A stretch of 63,764 nt of DNA, the filler included, from Hyphochytrium catenoides (Eukaryota; Protista; Hyphochytriomycota): the NCBI GenBank assembly GCA_900088475.1. It is 16 parts of 16 records of this genome, joined end to end, with 100 filler letters (N's around TTAATTAATTAA, not from the genome) between each part and the next. Parts side by side here need not be neighbours in the genome. Positions count along the whole stretch, not along the records: positions 62,461 to 63,764 come from FLMG01001130.1; 15 more parts are not named here. One strand, 5' to 3'. Made by a program: the position numbers and the translations under genes. Each line of letters opens with the position of its first letter. The stretch's first letter is position 1. This document shows positions 62,361 through 63,764 of this stretch, one piece after another. The notes under the pieces were generated by a model. It did not search any database and was not told the origin of the DNA. It was given only the letters and a program-made list of their open reading frames with translations.

Positions 62361-63000
62361 NNNNNNNNNNNNNNNNNNNNNNNNNNNNNNNNNNNNNNNN
62401 NNNNTTAATTAATTAANNNNNNNNNNNNNNNNNNNNNNNNNNNNNNNNNNNNNNNNNNNNGATGTCAACGACTGTATGGACGAGGAGGATGAGCTGAATG
62501 GCAGCCGACGAGGAACAGAGCAATGACGACGACGACGAAGGCATTGTGTCGGAGAAAGATGTTGAAGAGGAGACTAGCCTATGAGCTGTGCCTGATATCC
62601 GAGTCTCTACCGACTTACTAATTAGGCGCCGCCAAAGGAAATGGAAGCGGAAGGTCTCTGAAGTCACTGATACAGATGGTGCAGGCGTGACTGCATCGCT
62701 CTCTAGAGACATGATTTCGTACGCGGCTTGATCAATCATTACCATGCAAAGTGCTGGCTCGCTCGGGGTGGTGTCTCGGCAAGACTTATCCTCCCAGATG
62801 TTATCTATACTAGAGTCAGAAGCGATTTTTCAAGGGTTCAATCCAGCTTCGTCATCTCAAAGAGGATGGACACGGAGACCTCGGAAGGGCTAGATGTATG
62901 GGGTCAAGTATTCCCCGCGTTTTGTTAACGACCTTCAAGAGAAGTTCTCTCGAGATGAAGAGACCCCATCCTAAAGGCTAGTGCTGGCATTATGAGGGAC

Positions 63001-63322
63001 GAGCTCATCAAAAATTATCCCACTCGATACGATATACCATCAGAGTTTGAGATCAAACAAGAGATCCAGAAGATATTCGCGACAAGAAAACGGAAGACCC
63101 AGAAACAAGAGAGGGGTCATCAGCAAGTAAAGAATCAAGAAAGGTCACGTCATCGGGGCTTAGTCTGCTTCTCTTCCTTGCAGATGGTATCTCCTCAGTA
63201 GAAGCTTCCTCTTCTTGTTTCTGGGTCTTCGGTTCTGTAGTCGCGAATATCTTGTGGATCTCTTGTTTGATCTCAAACTCTGATGGTATATCGTATCGAG
63301 TGGGATACTTTTTGATGAGCTC
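63001..63322. repeat. Inverted repeat of a transposase-like C-terminal segment: arms 63001..63110 and 63213..63322
   Basis: Both strands encode ELIK(N/K)YPTRYDIPSEFEIKQEI(Q/H)KIFAT...KTQKQE; spacer ~100 bp. Confidence 0.88.
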
Positions 63323-63764
63323 TCGAAGGGATTTCCCGTCCTGGGTCTCGGTGTGGATGAATCGTCCGATTTTTAGGTTATGCTGCAATGGAAAGGATGG
63401 GAATGAGGGCGGCGAGCACAGACTTCGACAAACAGATGAACAGCCTCTTTGTTACTACCCAGAAATCTTTTTTTAGTACGGTTAGTTGAGGACACTCCTC
63501 ATCGTGCAATCTTGATATCAGGGGCGTACACATATGACTTTACTAGTTAGCTCAGGTCAAAGTAGGGACTACTGACACGACCGCGCAACTAGGCAGCAAC
63601 AGCACAGTCTCAAAATGACTGAGTGCATCCGGGAGTAAGATGAGTCATAGCTTCCAAGGGTTTGCCTCTTCCAGGGGAAGCCATAGGGGGGCGACCTGGA
63701 GTTAGACCTCTTGTGAGGTTGTCAGTGTTTTGGTAAGCACTACCATATTCTGTTGAGGGTCTTC

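Noticed and set aside
21772-62460. Regularly recurring TTAATTAATTAA palindrome as a CRISPR-like or biological repeat
   Set aside because: Always centred in exactly 100 nt with N44 flanks; an artificial contig-joining linker.
1-63764. tRNA/rRNA genes, operons or prokaryotic defence systems
   Set aside because: None recognised; spliceosomal introns show the DNA is eukaryotic.

Overview
This is eukaryotic nuclear DNA, not prokaryotic. The window joins 16 contigs with artificial 100-nt linkers (N44-TTAATTAATTAA-N44), so adjacency is meaningful only within a contig. Host genes have GT-AG introns, many filled with (CT)n. They include an FtsH-like AAA ATPase with no protease domain, mitochondrial citrate synthase, a WS/DGAT acyltransferase, a conserved unknown-function protein and a large class C GPCR with two PstS-like ectodomains. 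Fragments of a PAP2 phosphatase, CCDC39 (implying a flagellated organism, plausibly a stramenopile-like protist), a four-CBS protein, an NmrA-like protein and an AGC kinase are also present. The most striking object is a >7 kb intronless, virus-like insert (~14640-21771), apparently inside a WS/DGAT intron. It carries a lightly pseudogenised Polinton-type protein-primed DNA polymerase B of about 1700 codons, with an OTU-like N-terminal module, eroded proofreading motifs, and a C-terminal Cys-rich cluster plus HNH nuclease, followed by three orphan ORFs. The rest is decayed mobile DNA (copia LTR+PBS, Sola-like DDD transposase, CRE-like RLE fragment), inverted duplications and a 192-bp satellite. 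Repeats show a possible CpA/TpG->TpA (RIP-like) mutation bias. Family assignments come from motif recognition by eye; no database searches were run.
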